From contig NZ_CP040006.1 in assembly GCF_005696695.1 (NCBI RefSeq), positions 750,001-782,000 of the forward strand: a DNA stretch of 32,000 bases, written 5' to 3'. The DNA comes from Schaalia odontolytica (GTDB lineage: Bacteria; Actinomycetota; Actinomycetes; Actinomycetales; Actinomycetaceae). The notes under the pieces were generated by a model that was not told the origin of the DNA, did no database searches, and was given only the letters and a program-made list of their open reading frames with translations. Positions 1 to 7,436 of the stretch are shown piece after piece. The position numbers were made by a program, and so were the translations under genes. Each line of letters starts with the position of its first letter. The stretch's first letter is position 1.

Positions 1-929
1 CCCGGGTAGTTGCCGGCGCCGGGACCACTCAGGGTCAGGCCCTCCTCGTCTAGGGTGATGGTCGCGCCCATGTGACCGAGCAGCGCGCGCCAGGCGTCGC
101 CCGCCTGCGTTGTCGCCCCCGGCCACGCAGGGATGCGCACGCGCCCGCCTGTCACCATTGCGGCGGCCAGGAAGGGGCCGGCGTTGGACAGGTCCGGCTC
201 GACTGTGATGTCGCCGCCGCGCGGACGGGACGGGAAGATGTGCCAGGTGGAGAGGTTCGCGCGCCCCTCGTCCACGACCTCCAGGTCGATGCCCGCGCCC
301 GCGAGGGACGCCAGCGTCATTTCCACGTGAGGCATCGACGGGACGACGCCCGGAGCCGACACGAAGAGCGGATCACCCACGAGGGGAGAGACGAGCAGCA
401 ACGCGGAGAGGAACTGCGAAGAGGACGAGGAGTCCACCCAGGCCTGCGCGCCCAGCGGCGTGTGGATCGGGCCTTGAATCGTGAAGGGCAGGTGCCCGCG
501 CTCACCGTGATACGTAACGGTCGCGCCCATGCGCACCAGGGCGTCCAGGAGCGGACCCAGCGGGCGCGCGTAAGCCTGCTCATCCCCGTCGAAGAGCGTC
601 TCCTCGGGGGACAGGGCCGCCAGGGGAGGCAGGAAACGCATGACGGTGCCGGCCAGGCCGCAGTCGATGCGACCGCCCCGCGGCGGCAGCGACATCGGCG
701 TGACGCGCAGGATGCCCGCGCCCTCGTCCTCGACGTGTGTGCCCATCACCTCCAAGGCATCCGCAAACAGGCGCGTGTCGCGCGCGTCCAGGGCACCCCG
801 AATGACGGAGGGGGAATCGGCGACGGCTGCCAGGTAGAGGGCGCGCGCCGTGATCGACTTCGAACCCGGCACCTCGACTGTGGCATCCACGGGGGAGGTG
901 GCCAGGGGAGCGGGCCAGGGCGCGCTCAC
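1..929 (-). CDS. aroA: 3-phosphoshikimate 1-carboxyvinyltransferase (EPSP synthase); N-terminal ~309 codons, 3' end runs off the left edge
   Basis: Absent from the ORF track because no stop lies in the window. My reverse-strand translation from GTG (929..927) reads VSAPWPAPLATSPVDATVEVPGSKSITARALYLAAVADSPSVIRGALDARDTRLFADALEVMG...GLAGTVMRFLPPLAAL...DSSSSSQFLSALLLVSP...VEPDLSNAGPFLAAAMVTGG. These are the EPSP synthase signature blocks. The start overlaps the upstream stop as GTGA. The aroA/sigH/rshA neighbourhood matches Mycobacterium. Confidence 0.9.
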   Translation of the reverse strand, partial: MSAPWPAPLATSPVDATVEVPGSKSITARALYLAAVADSPSVIRGALDARDTRLFADALEVMGTHVEDEGAGILRVTPMSLPPRGGRIDCGLAGTVMRFLPPLAALSPEETLFDGDEQAYARPLGPLLDALVRMGATVTYHGERGHLPFTIQGPIHTPLGAQAWVDSSSSSQFLSALLLVSPLVGDPLFVSAPGVVPSMPHVEMTLASLAGAGIDLEVVDEGRANLSTWHIFPSRPRGGDITVEPDLSNAGPFLAAAMVTGGRVRIPAWPGATTQAGDAWRALLGHMGATITLDEEGLTLSGPGAGNYP

Positions 930-1453
930 GAAGCGGTGCCGCTCAGACGCTCCACGACGGCGGCCTCGGCCGCAGCGATCGCGCGGCGCTGGTCGCGGCG
1001 CATCGCGTGGGCGACGAGGGCCGAGGGCTGTCCGACGCGGTCCGTCGACGCGAGGAGGACGCCGGCAGCCAGACCCGCCTTATTTAGCGTGCGGTAGCGG
1101 CGGCGCTTGATCTGCTCCTTGGACAGACCGCGCGTCGTGCCCGGCAGGGGAGCATTCACGAGGGCCATCGGCGCGCCGATCGCAGCCAGGGTCAGGGCGG
1201 CCACGCGGGGCTTGCGGCCGAGAGCGAAGCGCAGACCCGCGACGACCGTGACCGCACCCGTCACACGGGTGGCAACGGCCAGCTGCTGATCCGTCAGCGG
1301 CTCCAGGCCGACCGCGCCGGTCGCCTTGTCGATGAGAGGGCGAACGCCCGCGGCGCGCTCCACGTGGAAACGCGGATGCATGAGGGCATCAACCCCATCG
1401 GCGATGAACGGGGCGGCGAGCAGGGGACGGGCAACAACGCGCAGCAGATTCAT
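926..1453 (-). CDS. DoxX-family-like small membrane protein
   Basis: Track ORF 926..1540. I prefer the internal ATG at 1453 (MNLLRVVARPLLAAPFIADGVDALMHP...), which is preceded by AGGGG. The N-terminal pattern ARPLLA.FI..G.DAL..P and the hydrophobic segments resemble actinobacterial DoxX family proteins. Its stop overlaps the aroA start by 4 nt. The start site and family call are only moderately supported. Confidence 0.55.
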   Translation of the reverse strand: MNLLRVVARPLLAAPFIADGVDALMHPRFHVERAAGVRPLIDKATGAVGLEPLTDQQLAVATRVTGAVTVVAGLRFALGRKPRVAALTLAAIGAPMALVNAPLPGTTRGLSKEQIKRRRYRTLNKAGLAAGVLLASTDRVGQPSALVAHAMRRDQRRAIAAAEAAVVERLSGTAS

Positions 1454-1556
1454 ACCCCTATTGTTCGACACCTTTGCCCCTGGGGGAAGCCGAACGGCCT
1501 GCCCACTCCCAAACAACGGGGAGAAAGTGGCGCAACGCACAATTGCAGAGGGTTGT

Positions 1557-1581
1557 GGAATATAGAGGGGTGTGAGGCGTT
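1557..1581 (+). promoter_or_regulatory. Candidate SigH/SigR-type autoregulatory promoter (GGAAT-N17-GTT)
   Basis: The sequence tGGAATatagaggggtgtgaggcGTTcccc lies about 70 nt upstream of the sigH ATG. It fits the GGAA(T)-N17-18-GTT architecture known for SigR/SigH regulon promoters in Streptomyces, Mycobacterium and Corynebacterium. This is a motif match only. Confidence 0.4.
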
Positions 1582-1651
1582 CCCCTCAGTATGACCGCCC
1601 ATCGACCACTCCCATTCGCGCCGCACGCTTGCGCGACTACGCTGGGAAGCG

Positions 1652-2284
1652 ATGGATACGACAACCCCCTCACCGACGCCGCAGGCACCCGAGGCCGCCC
1701 CGGCCTCGTCCGCTCTGGATGGTGCCGAGCTCGAGGCGCGCTTCATGGACGAAGCGATGCCCCTCATGAACCAACTCTTCGGCGCGGCACTGGGCATGAC
1801 CCGCAACCGCGCCGACGCGGAGGATCTGGTTCAGGAGACCTACCTCAAGGCCTTCCAGAAGTTCCACCAGTACCAGCCCGGCACCAACATCAAGGCCTGG
1901 CTCTACCGGATCCTCACCAACACCTACATCACCAGCTACCGCAAGGCGCAGCGTTCGCCCAAGCGCGCCTCCAGCGACACCGTCGAAGACTGGCAGCTGG
2001 CCGATGCCGCCTCCCACTCGGAGGTTGGCCTCAAGTCTGCGGAAGTCGAGGCGCTCGAGGCGCTTCCTTCCGCTCAGCTGCGCGACGCCCTCGATTCGCT
2101 CTCAGAGGAACACCGGATGGTTGTCCTCATGGCTGACGTTGAGGGTATGAGCTACAAGGAAATCGCCGAAGAACTAGGAGTTCCCATGGGGACCGTCATG
2201 AGCCGACTGAACCGGGCGCGCAAGAACCTGCGCTCCGCGCTGGCCGACGTCGCCGCGGAATACGGGATCGGAGGAGCCAAGTGA
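1652..2284 (+). CDS. sigH: ECF RNA polymerase sigma factor, SigH/SigR group
   Basis: 210 aa. The sigma-70 region 2 reads [44 protein letters not shown]. Region 4 reads [29 protein letters not shown]. It is followed by a ZAS anti-sigma gene with a GTGA overlap. Confidence 0.9.
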   Translation: MDTTTPSPTPQAPEAAPASSALDGAELEARFMDEAMPLMNQLFGAALGMTRNRADAEDLVQETYLKAFQKFHQYQPGTNIKAWLYRILTNTYITSYRKAQRSPKRASSDTVEDWQLADAASHSEVGLKSAEVEALEALPSAQLRDALDSLSEEHRMVVLMADVEGMSYKEIAEELGVPMGTVMSRLNRARKNLRSALADVAAEYGIGGAK

Positions 2285-2580
2285 ACACTGACGTGACCTG
2301 CCAGGACGTCCTGGACGCCCTATACGAACTGATCGACTGCGAGGAATGCGACCGCCGCAGCGGCCTCATCGACGCCGGATCCGTGCCCGGGCCCGATGCG
2401 CGCGCCCGCGCCCTCATGATCAAGCACGTCGCCACCTGCGCGCACTGCACTGACGCCCTGGACGCCGAGCGCCACGTGCGCGCCCTCATGCGCGGCTGCT
2501 ACGAGACCGAGCAGGCCTCCGATGCGCTGCGCGCCCGCGTCGTCGCATCGATCACCAGCGTGTCCGTCACCTGGCGCTAG
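2281..2580 (+). CDS. rshA: Zinc-binding redox-sensing anti-sigma factor (ZAS family, RshA/RsrA-like)
   Basis: 99 aa with a GTG start overlapping the sigH stop. It carries the HxxxCxxC motif (HVATCAHC), N-terminal cysteines ([19 protein letters not shown]) and RALMRGCY. Overall it is collinear with RsrA/RshA. Confidence 0.85.
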   Translation: MNTDVTCQDVLDALYELIDCEECDRRSGLIDAGSVPGPDARARALMIKHVATCAHCTDALDAERHVRALMRGCYETEQASDALRARVVASITSVSVTWR

Positions 2581-2748
2581 GAGCGCTGCGACGACGTGTG
2601 ACCGCGTCGCGCCGCGCGGGCTGACGAGGCCGGGGTTGCCGCCCGTTTTTCGGTGACCTTCGTCGCCGCGAACGGCCTGTGCCTTGGTGGTTTGGGCCAA
2701 TGTGTGCAAAAATGCTTCAGTCTAGACAACAAACCCAAGGAGAATGAC

Positions 2749-2823
2749 ATGTCGAAGCGGGGTCGTAAGCGTCGCGATCGTCGTAAGCACGGCGCGAACC
2801 ACGGCAAGCGTCCTAACGCCTGA
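2749..2823 (+). CDS. 24-aa highly basic micro-protein, ribosomal protein bL37-like
   Basis: Not in the ORF track because it is too short. ATG at 2749 is preceded by AAGGAG (2737..2742). Translation is MSKRGRKRRDRRKHGANHGKRPNA*. It matches my recollection of the actinobacterial bL37 pattern (M.KRGRK.RDR....ANHGKRPNA). A strong terminator follows. Confidence 0.7.
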   Translation: MSKRGRKRRDRRKHGANHGKRPNA

Positions 2824-2835
2824 GCCGAATACGTT

Positions 2836-2869
2836 GCGCGCCCGGACCGGTTGGTCCGGGCGCGTTTTG
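2836..2869 (+). terminator. Rho-independent terminator after the bL37 micro-ORF
   Basis: The hairpin is gcgcgcccggacc-ggtt-ggtccgggcgcg followed by TTTTGT. It has a GC-rich 12-13 bp stem and a 4-nt loop. Confidence 0.75.
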
Positions 2870-3107
2870 TATGCGCGTTGTGTATGCGTTTTGTTTGCGC
2901 CGCCGGCGGGAGCCAGGTGCGGTTCCGGCGGCGAGCAGAAACGGCCTTCAGTCACCGGCACTGTCCGCCCTTTGCTGCTTCCTCCGGTGGCTAGGGGGAA
3001 CATGCGCAGTGAGGAGCGAACCACTCTCGCAGCGTATCCTGGTACCTGTTGGCGCGCGGGTGCGTCCCGGTGCGCGCAGACTGATTCGTCGATACGAAAG
3101 AGGTCCC

Positions 3108-3992
3108 ATGTCCCTCCAGATGCGTCTCGTTCACGCCCGCAAGGGGCTCACGCCTCCCGCGCTGCACACCGAGGAAGCCGCGCGTGAGATGGCGGCGGGT
3201 GCCCCGCAGCAGCACCCCATGCCTGCGTCGATGCGAGCGCGTTTCACGGCAACATGCGATAAAGGCGTGACCCGCGTGCTACCGAAGCAGGGCCTGCGCT
3301 CGGGCGGCGCTCTCATCTTCTTGCATGGCGGTGCCTACCTCTTCCCGCTGGTTGACGGCCAATGGGGCATCGTCGAGGGCCTCATCGACCGCACCGGCCT
3401 GCCCGTCATCATTCCGGACTATCCGCTCGCCCCCGAACACACCGCTGCAGAAGCGTTCGACTTCGTCCAGCCCATCATCGACGAGGCGCAGGCCGAGTTC
3501 GGTCGCGTCATCATCTTTGGTGACTCGGCGGGTGGCGGCCTGGCGCTGTCCCTCGCCATGCAGCGACGCGACGCGGGTACGCGTCAGGTGGACGGCCTCG
3601 TCCTGTACGCCCCGTGGGTGGACGTCACCATGACGAACCCGGCGATCGAGGAGATGCAGCGCCGCGACAAGATCCTGCGCGTGCCCGGGCTGGCGTGGGC
3701 GGGCCGCGCGTGGGCTGGCGAGCTGGACCCGGCCGACTGGCGCGTCAGCCCCCTGTACGGTGACCCAGCGGGCCTGCCGCCGATACGCGTCTTCCAGGGG
3801 GACGCGGACATCGTCGGCCCCGACGTGATCGAGTTCGCGCGCAAGGCCGCTCGCGCTGGCGTGGACGTGCGCCTGCGCGTGGAGCCGGATGGCTTCCACG
3901 TGTATGTCCTGGGCGTTCCCACCATTCCCGAGGCTGAGGCCGCCCTCGACCACAGCGCGCGCTTCATCTCGGGGATCCTCACCCAGGCGTGA
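3108..3992 (+). CDS. Alpha/beta hydrolase, Abhydrolase_3 (hormone-sensitive-lipase-like esterase) family
   Basis: Track ORF 2871..3992. I prefer ATG 3108 (MSLQMRL...), preceded by AAGAGG, because the longer N-terminus overlaps the terminator region. Motifs present are the HGGAY oxyanion block, GDSAGG nucleophile elbow and C-terminal DGFHVY. Confidence 0.8.
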   Translation: MSLQMRLVHARKGLTPPALHTEEAAREMAAGAPQQHPMPASMRARFTATCDKGVTRVLPKQGLRSGGALIFLHGGAYLFPLVDGQWGIVEGLIDRTGLPVIIPDYPLAPEHTAAEAFDFVQPIIDEAQAEFGRVIIFGDSAGGGLALSLAMQRRDAGTRQVDGLVLYAPWVDVTMTNPAIEEMQRRDKILRVPGLAWAGRAWAGELDPADWRVSPLYGDPAGLPPIRVFQGDADIVGPDVIEFARKAARAGVDVRLRVEPDGFHVYVLGVPTIPEAEAALDHSARFISGILTQA

Positions 3993-4152
3993 GACGACCC
4001 GTTTCACGCGTCGTTGATCGAGGACGACGGTTGCAGGTAACCCCGCGTCGCCCGGTACCGATACGACTAGTCGAGGCTCGCACACCAGGGGTCGGCTGGG
4101 CGAGGGAGGCGCACGCCAATGGCACACTGCCGCGTGGCGGGAGGATGTGGCC

Positions 4153-4854
4153 TCAGTCGATGCGCGCCTCGACGATGGACCACGTGTGGGGGTAGACCTC
4201 CATGGTCATGGAGGCGGACCCGGAGCGCCGAGCGCAGGCCTCGTAGAGGACGCCCGTGAGACCGCCGCGCGAGGCGATGTCGCCCGCATTGTCTGTTGAG
4301 ATGACCGTGGCGCGCTTGGTGCCGTCAGCGAGGGTCATCGTGAAGGTGTTGTCCCATCCGTTGTCGGGCGTACGATCGGCGCGCGTCCCCGGGTTTGATC
4401 GTGGCATCTGCTCGAAGCTGCACGAGGTGACGGTGACGGTGGTGGTGCCCTCCTTCAGGTCGCGGAAGGCGGGCAGGCCGCGGCTGATTGACTGGAATCC
4501 CACGAATAATGCGGTGACGCACAGGACGACGATGCCGAAGGAACGCTGGTTGTATCTCTCGATATCGACGTCGCGCTTGGCGCGCCGAACACCGAGGTAC
4601 GCGAACGCGCACGCGATGAGGAGCCCGGCGACGAGGACGAGCCCAACGCCGCAGGCCTGCGCTTTCCACACGACGCGATCGCGGCCGAAATCTGTGTGAT
4701 CTCCGATGAACCAGAAGAGGGCGATGGCAGCAATGACCAGAGCCACGAGGACGGCCCCGATGGAGGTGGCGATCTTCTTGAGGACGCCTGCGCCTGTCGA
4801 GCCTTGCGCGGGCGAGGAAGCCCGACGAGGAGAGGAAGCGGGGTTGCGTGACAT
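4153..4854 (-). CDS. Array paralog 1: membrane protein of unknown family (3 TM helices plus two-Cys C-terminal domain)
   Basis: Track ORF 4153..4920. I prefer ATG 4854 (MSRNPASS...), preceded by GAAAGGGA. It has three hydrophobic helices and a DFGRDRVVW loop motif. The C-terminal domain reads TVTVTSCSF...FTMTLADGT...LYEACARRSG.ASMTMEVYPHTWSIVEARID and is shared with four neighbours. Confidence 0.7.
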   Translation of the reverse strand: MSRNPASSPRRASSPAQGSTGAGVLKKIATSIGAVLVALVIAAIALFWFIGDHTDFGRDRVVWKAQACGVGLVLVAGLLIACAFAYLGVRRAKRDVDIERYNQRSFGIVVLCVTALFVGFQSISRGLPAFRDLKEGTTTVTVTSCSFEQMPRSNPGTRADRTPDNGWDNTFTMTLADGTKRATVISTDNAGDIASRGGLTGVLYEACARRSGSASMTMEVYPHTWSIVEARID

Positions 4855-4933
4855 GGGTTCCCTTTCGGGTCGCAGAGGTTGGGGAAGAGGTCGGGGCACT
4901 AGCGCAGGCCTCCTGGGCATGTCGGCCGAGCAA

Positions 4934-5803
4934 TCAGTTGTTGATCCTCGCGGTCGCGACGACCCTCGAGTGCGTGTAGTAATCGATGGTCATGGTCGCG
5001 TTGCCGGAGCGCAGGGCGCAGGCCTCGTAGAGGACGGCTGTCACGTCCCCTTGCCTCGCAATCTCATCCTTGCTGTCCGTCTCAACGGTCTGCGTGTGGG
5101 TCGAGCCATCCTCAAACGTCATGATGAACTGGTTCTTATACACGGTCGAGACGCCGCTGCGGTAGCGTGACCGACTCGTCTTGTACTGGTCGAAGCTGCA
5201 TGACGTGACCGTGACAGTGTGTGGGCCGTCGGCGACGTCAAGCACCGCGGGAACGCCGTTCGACAGCGCGTAAATGGCGAATCCGAAGCCAAAGACACCG
5301 ACCATGCCCAGGCCGAGCTGGCGTTGTTGTGCCACTTTCTCGTCGCCCTGTGCGCTCGCTATGAGGTAGTTGCGCCGCGTAGCGGCATAGAGGGGAATCA
5401 TGGCGAGGGCGAAGACGAGTGCAACGGCGCACTTGATGAGGGTCCAGACGATCCGTTCCGTGCCGAAGTCGAACATTTCGCCGAAGAAATAGAAGACCAT
5501 GCCGACGAGGAGACCCACGAGCGCGAGCAGAAGCCACCACCCCGTGTGCTTCTTCGGTGCCTTGCCCTCGCCGGAAGGATCGGTGGGGGAAGGAACACTC
5601 TGAGAGGCTGCATCAGTGTCTGACGATGCGGCGTACGCCTCCCCGTATGGGGACCCCTGGAATGCCCAACCCTGGTACGACAGCGGTGGCCAGGAAGACT
5701 GCGTGTCGCCCGCTTGCGGCTGCGGCACCTGCGGCTGGTTGGCGGGTTGACTGCCGTCAGTGGACGGATCGAAAGGCGACGGATAAGGATACTGATTGCT
5801 CAT
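4934..5803 (-). CDS. Array paralog 2: same unknown family, Pro/Gln/Ser-rich N-terminal tail
   Basis: 289 aa. The tail reads MSNQYPYPSPFDPSTDGSQPANQPQVPQPQ.... It has three TM helices and a DFGTERIVW motif. The C-terminal domain reads TVTVTSCSFDQ...FIMTFEDGS...LYEACALRSGNATMTIDYYTHSRVVATARINN. Confidence 0.75.
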   Translation of the reverse strand: MSNQYPYPSPFDPSTDGSQPANQPQVPQPQAGDTQSSWPPLSYQGWAFQGSPYGEAYAASSDTDAASQSVPSPTDPSGEGKAPKKHTGWWLLLALVGLLVGMVFYFFGEMFDFGTERIVWTLIKCAVALVFALAMIPLYAATRRNYLIASAQGDEKVAQQRQLGLGMVGVFGFGFAIYALSNGVPAVLDVADGPHTVTVTSCSFDQYKTSRSRYRSGVSTVYKNQFIMTFEDGSTHTQTVETDSKDEIARQGDVTAVLYEACALRSGNATMTIDYYTHSRVVATARINN

Positions 5804-5975
5804 GGCTGCTGCCTGTCGGACGGGTGCATGATGACGAGCCTAGGGCCTCTCCACAGGATCGGGTGAGGTTCCGGGAGAATCCCGGTGTGCGGTTGCGACC
5901 AGGCACCGACTTGCTCGTCACTCTTCACAGTACCGCTCACGGCCTCGATGAGGGCGCACATCTCACCCATGCGAC

Positions 5976-6164
5976 GTGGGCATCTTGGGCCCAGACGCGA
6001 TCGAGTTCGCCCGCAAGGCGGCACGCGCTGGCGTCGACGTGCGCCTGCGCGTGGAGCCGGACGGCTTCCACGTCTACGTGCTCTCAGTCCCCGTTATTCC
6101 CGAGGCCGAGGCCGCCCTCGACCACAGCGCGCGCTTCATCTCGGGGATTCTCACCCAGCCGTGA
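5976..6164 (+). pseudogene. Relic copy of the last ~60 codons of the 3108..3992 esterase gene
   Basis: The ORF translation ILGPDAIEFARKAARAGVDVRLRVEPDGFHVYVLSVPVIPEAEAALDHSARFISGILTQP compares with the esterase C-terminus IVGPDVIEFARKAARAGVDVRLRVEPDGFHVYVLGVPTIPEAEAALDHSARFISGILTQA. DNA similarity continues past the stop (gtgag.cgacccgtttcacgc...gatcgagg) to about 6207. No upstream catalytic part is present. Confidence 0.8.
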
Positions 6165-6256
6165 GCCGACCCGTTTCACGCCCCGTTTCACGGCCTCGCT
6201 GATCGAGGGCAAGAAGCCGCCGATGAGTACGTGCGTCGAAGTGACGGCGAGCCTCG

Positions 6257-6925
6257 TCAATCCAGCCTTGCTTGATCGATGATCCACGAGTAGTAGTAGA
6301 CGTCAAGTGTCATCGAAGTTGTCCCTGGATTCTTGATGCAAGCACTGTACAGGACTTCGTCGATGCGTCGGTCATCGAGAAATACGCGGCTATCGATGAC
6401 TGTCTGACGGGTGGTTCCATCGGCCAGGGTCATGATGAAGTGATAGTCAGCGACGGACATGGTTCGGTAGCGTCCATGTCGTTCTCGGCGCGAAACAATT
6501 TCGCGTGTGCACGATGAAACGGTCACTGTCTGCGGACCGGTGAAGAGATCGAAGACGACACGCGTCCCGTAACCTAGAGCGTTGTAGGCGCTTGGAATCA
6601 GAATAAGCACCGGTATCACGAGAGCTGTGGCTCGTTTGTGCAAGCCCATTGCAGTGCCAGCTCTCTCGCGCTTGTCGAACCATTGAAACAAGTAGGAAAT
6701 GGCGGCGATGCATGCGAGCATGATGAGAAACGCTGTGCCGTAGGAGAAAGTCAGCCAGCGGAACCGCGCGGGGCCATGAGGGGAAATTGTGTCTGCCAAA
6801 TGGCCCAAACCATACAAGATGAGAGTGAGGACGATCCAGAACGCTGTCCCATAGCGCTTCTGCTCTTTCGTCAGCGAACTTGTTGGGGATTGGGGTGTGG
6901 TAGACGTGTTCTTACGCTTGCTCAT
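6257..6925 (-). CDS. Array paralog 3: same unknown family, short N-terminal tail
   Basis: 222 aa with three TM helices. The C-terminal domain reads TVTVSSCTRE...FIMTLADGTTRQTVID...LYSACIKNPGTTSMTLDVYYYSWIIDQARLD. GC content is noticeably lower than in flanking core genes. Confidence 0.7.
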   Translation of the reverse strand: MSKRKNTSTTPQSPTSSLTKEQKRYGTAFWIVLTLILYGLGHLADTISPHGPARFRWLTFSYGTAFLIMLACIAAISYLFQWFDKRERAGTAMGLHKRATALVIPVLILIPSAYNALGYGTRVVFDLFTGPQTVTVSSCTREIVSRRERHGRYRTMSVADYHFIMTLADGTTRQTVIDSRVFLDDRRIDEVLYSACIKNPGTTSMTLDVYYYSWIIDQARLD

Positions 6926-6960
6926 GGGGGCTTCAATGGTGGTACTGCGGGTAGCGGTGC

Positions 6961-7239
6961 TCAGTCGCGTTCTTTGCGGTGCCGACGTGGCCTATGCGAG
7001 TCTCGTATAGCGAAACCGATTGAATAATAGATGGCACATCCAATGATCCCGCTCAGGATAATAGCCGCGCAGATGGGGATGATGACGGGAACGGCGATGG
7101 GTGACATGCGTGCGAATTGGATGATCATCCAGCACACAATTGCGGTGAGGCTCCCCGCCGCTACCGCGATGGCAGTGCGCGAGATATGGGGTTCATCAAC
7201 GGAGGGTTGATCGGGGGAGAGAGGCGCTTCGTTGCTCAT
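6961..7239 (-). CDS. Small polytopic membrane protein (92 aa), possibly a truncated array member
   Basis: The sequence is MSNEAPLSPDQPSVDEPH..., then hydrophobic stretches (AIAVAAGSLTAIVCWMIIQF, SPIAVPVIIPICAAIILSGIIGCAIYYSIGFAI) and a basic C-terminus. The MSN-type start resembles paralogs 2 and 4. It lacks the two-Cys domain. No obvious RBS is present. Confidence 0.45.
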   Translation of the reverse strand: MSNEAPLSPDQPSVDEPHISRTAIAVAAGSLTAIVCWMIIQFARMSPIAVPVIIPICAAIILSGIIGCAIYYSIGFAIRDSHRPRRHRKERD

Positions 7240-7436
7240 AAAAACCGTTTCAGCTGGGACGGAGACGGACGAGGCTGTTTATTCCATGTCACTGCCCACC
7301 TGCATAGGTAGCGTGGTGTGGATTGAAGGCGGGGAGTTTTTCGGTGATGGTGTCTCAGTGGTGCCGTGTGGCCTCGTGACGACGAGGCTCGGGCTGGGCG
7401 GGCGCCCCCACCTCGTCGGTGAGAAAACGCAGCATC

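Noticed and set aside
72-1097. 341-aa plus-strand ORF rich in Arg, plus smaller ORFs at 133..330, 640..837 and 850..1110
   Set aside because: It is antisense to a clearly recognisable aroA and to the DoxX-like gene. The Arg/Gly/Ala-rich low-complexity translation is typical of shadow frames in high-GC DNA.
2581-2748. Possible terminator (cggggttgccgcccgttttt) after rshA
   Set aside because: The stem is only 4-6 bp with a long or irregular loop. It is too weak to call, although the T-run is suggestive.
2871-3107. N-terminal extension of the esterase ORF (start at 2871)
   Set aside because: The extension begins inside or next to the bL37 terminator and is Arg/Cys-rich with no homology-like features. 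ATG 3108 has a good RBS and yields a normal-length Abhydrolase_3 protein.
5557-6282. 241-aa plus-strand ORF spanning the paralog 2 upstream region and the esterase relic
   Set aside because: It is largely antisense to paralog 2 and in a different frame from the conserved esterase-tail reading frame. The translation is low complexity.
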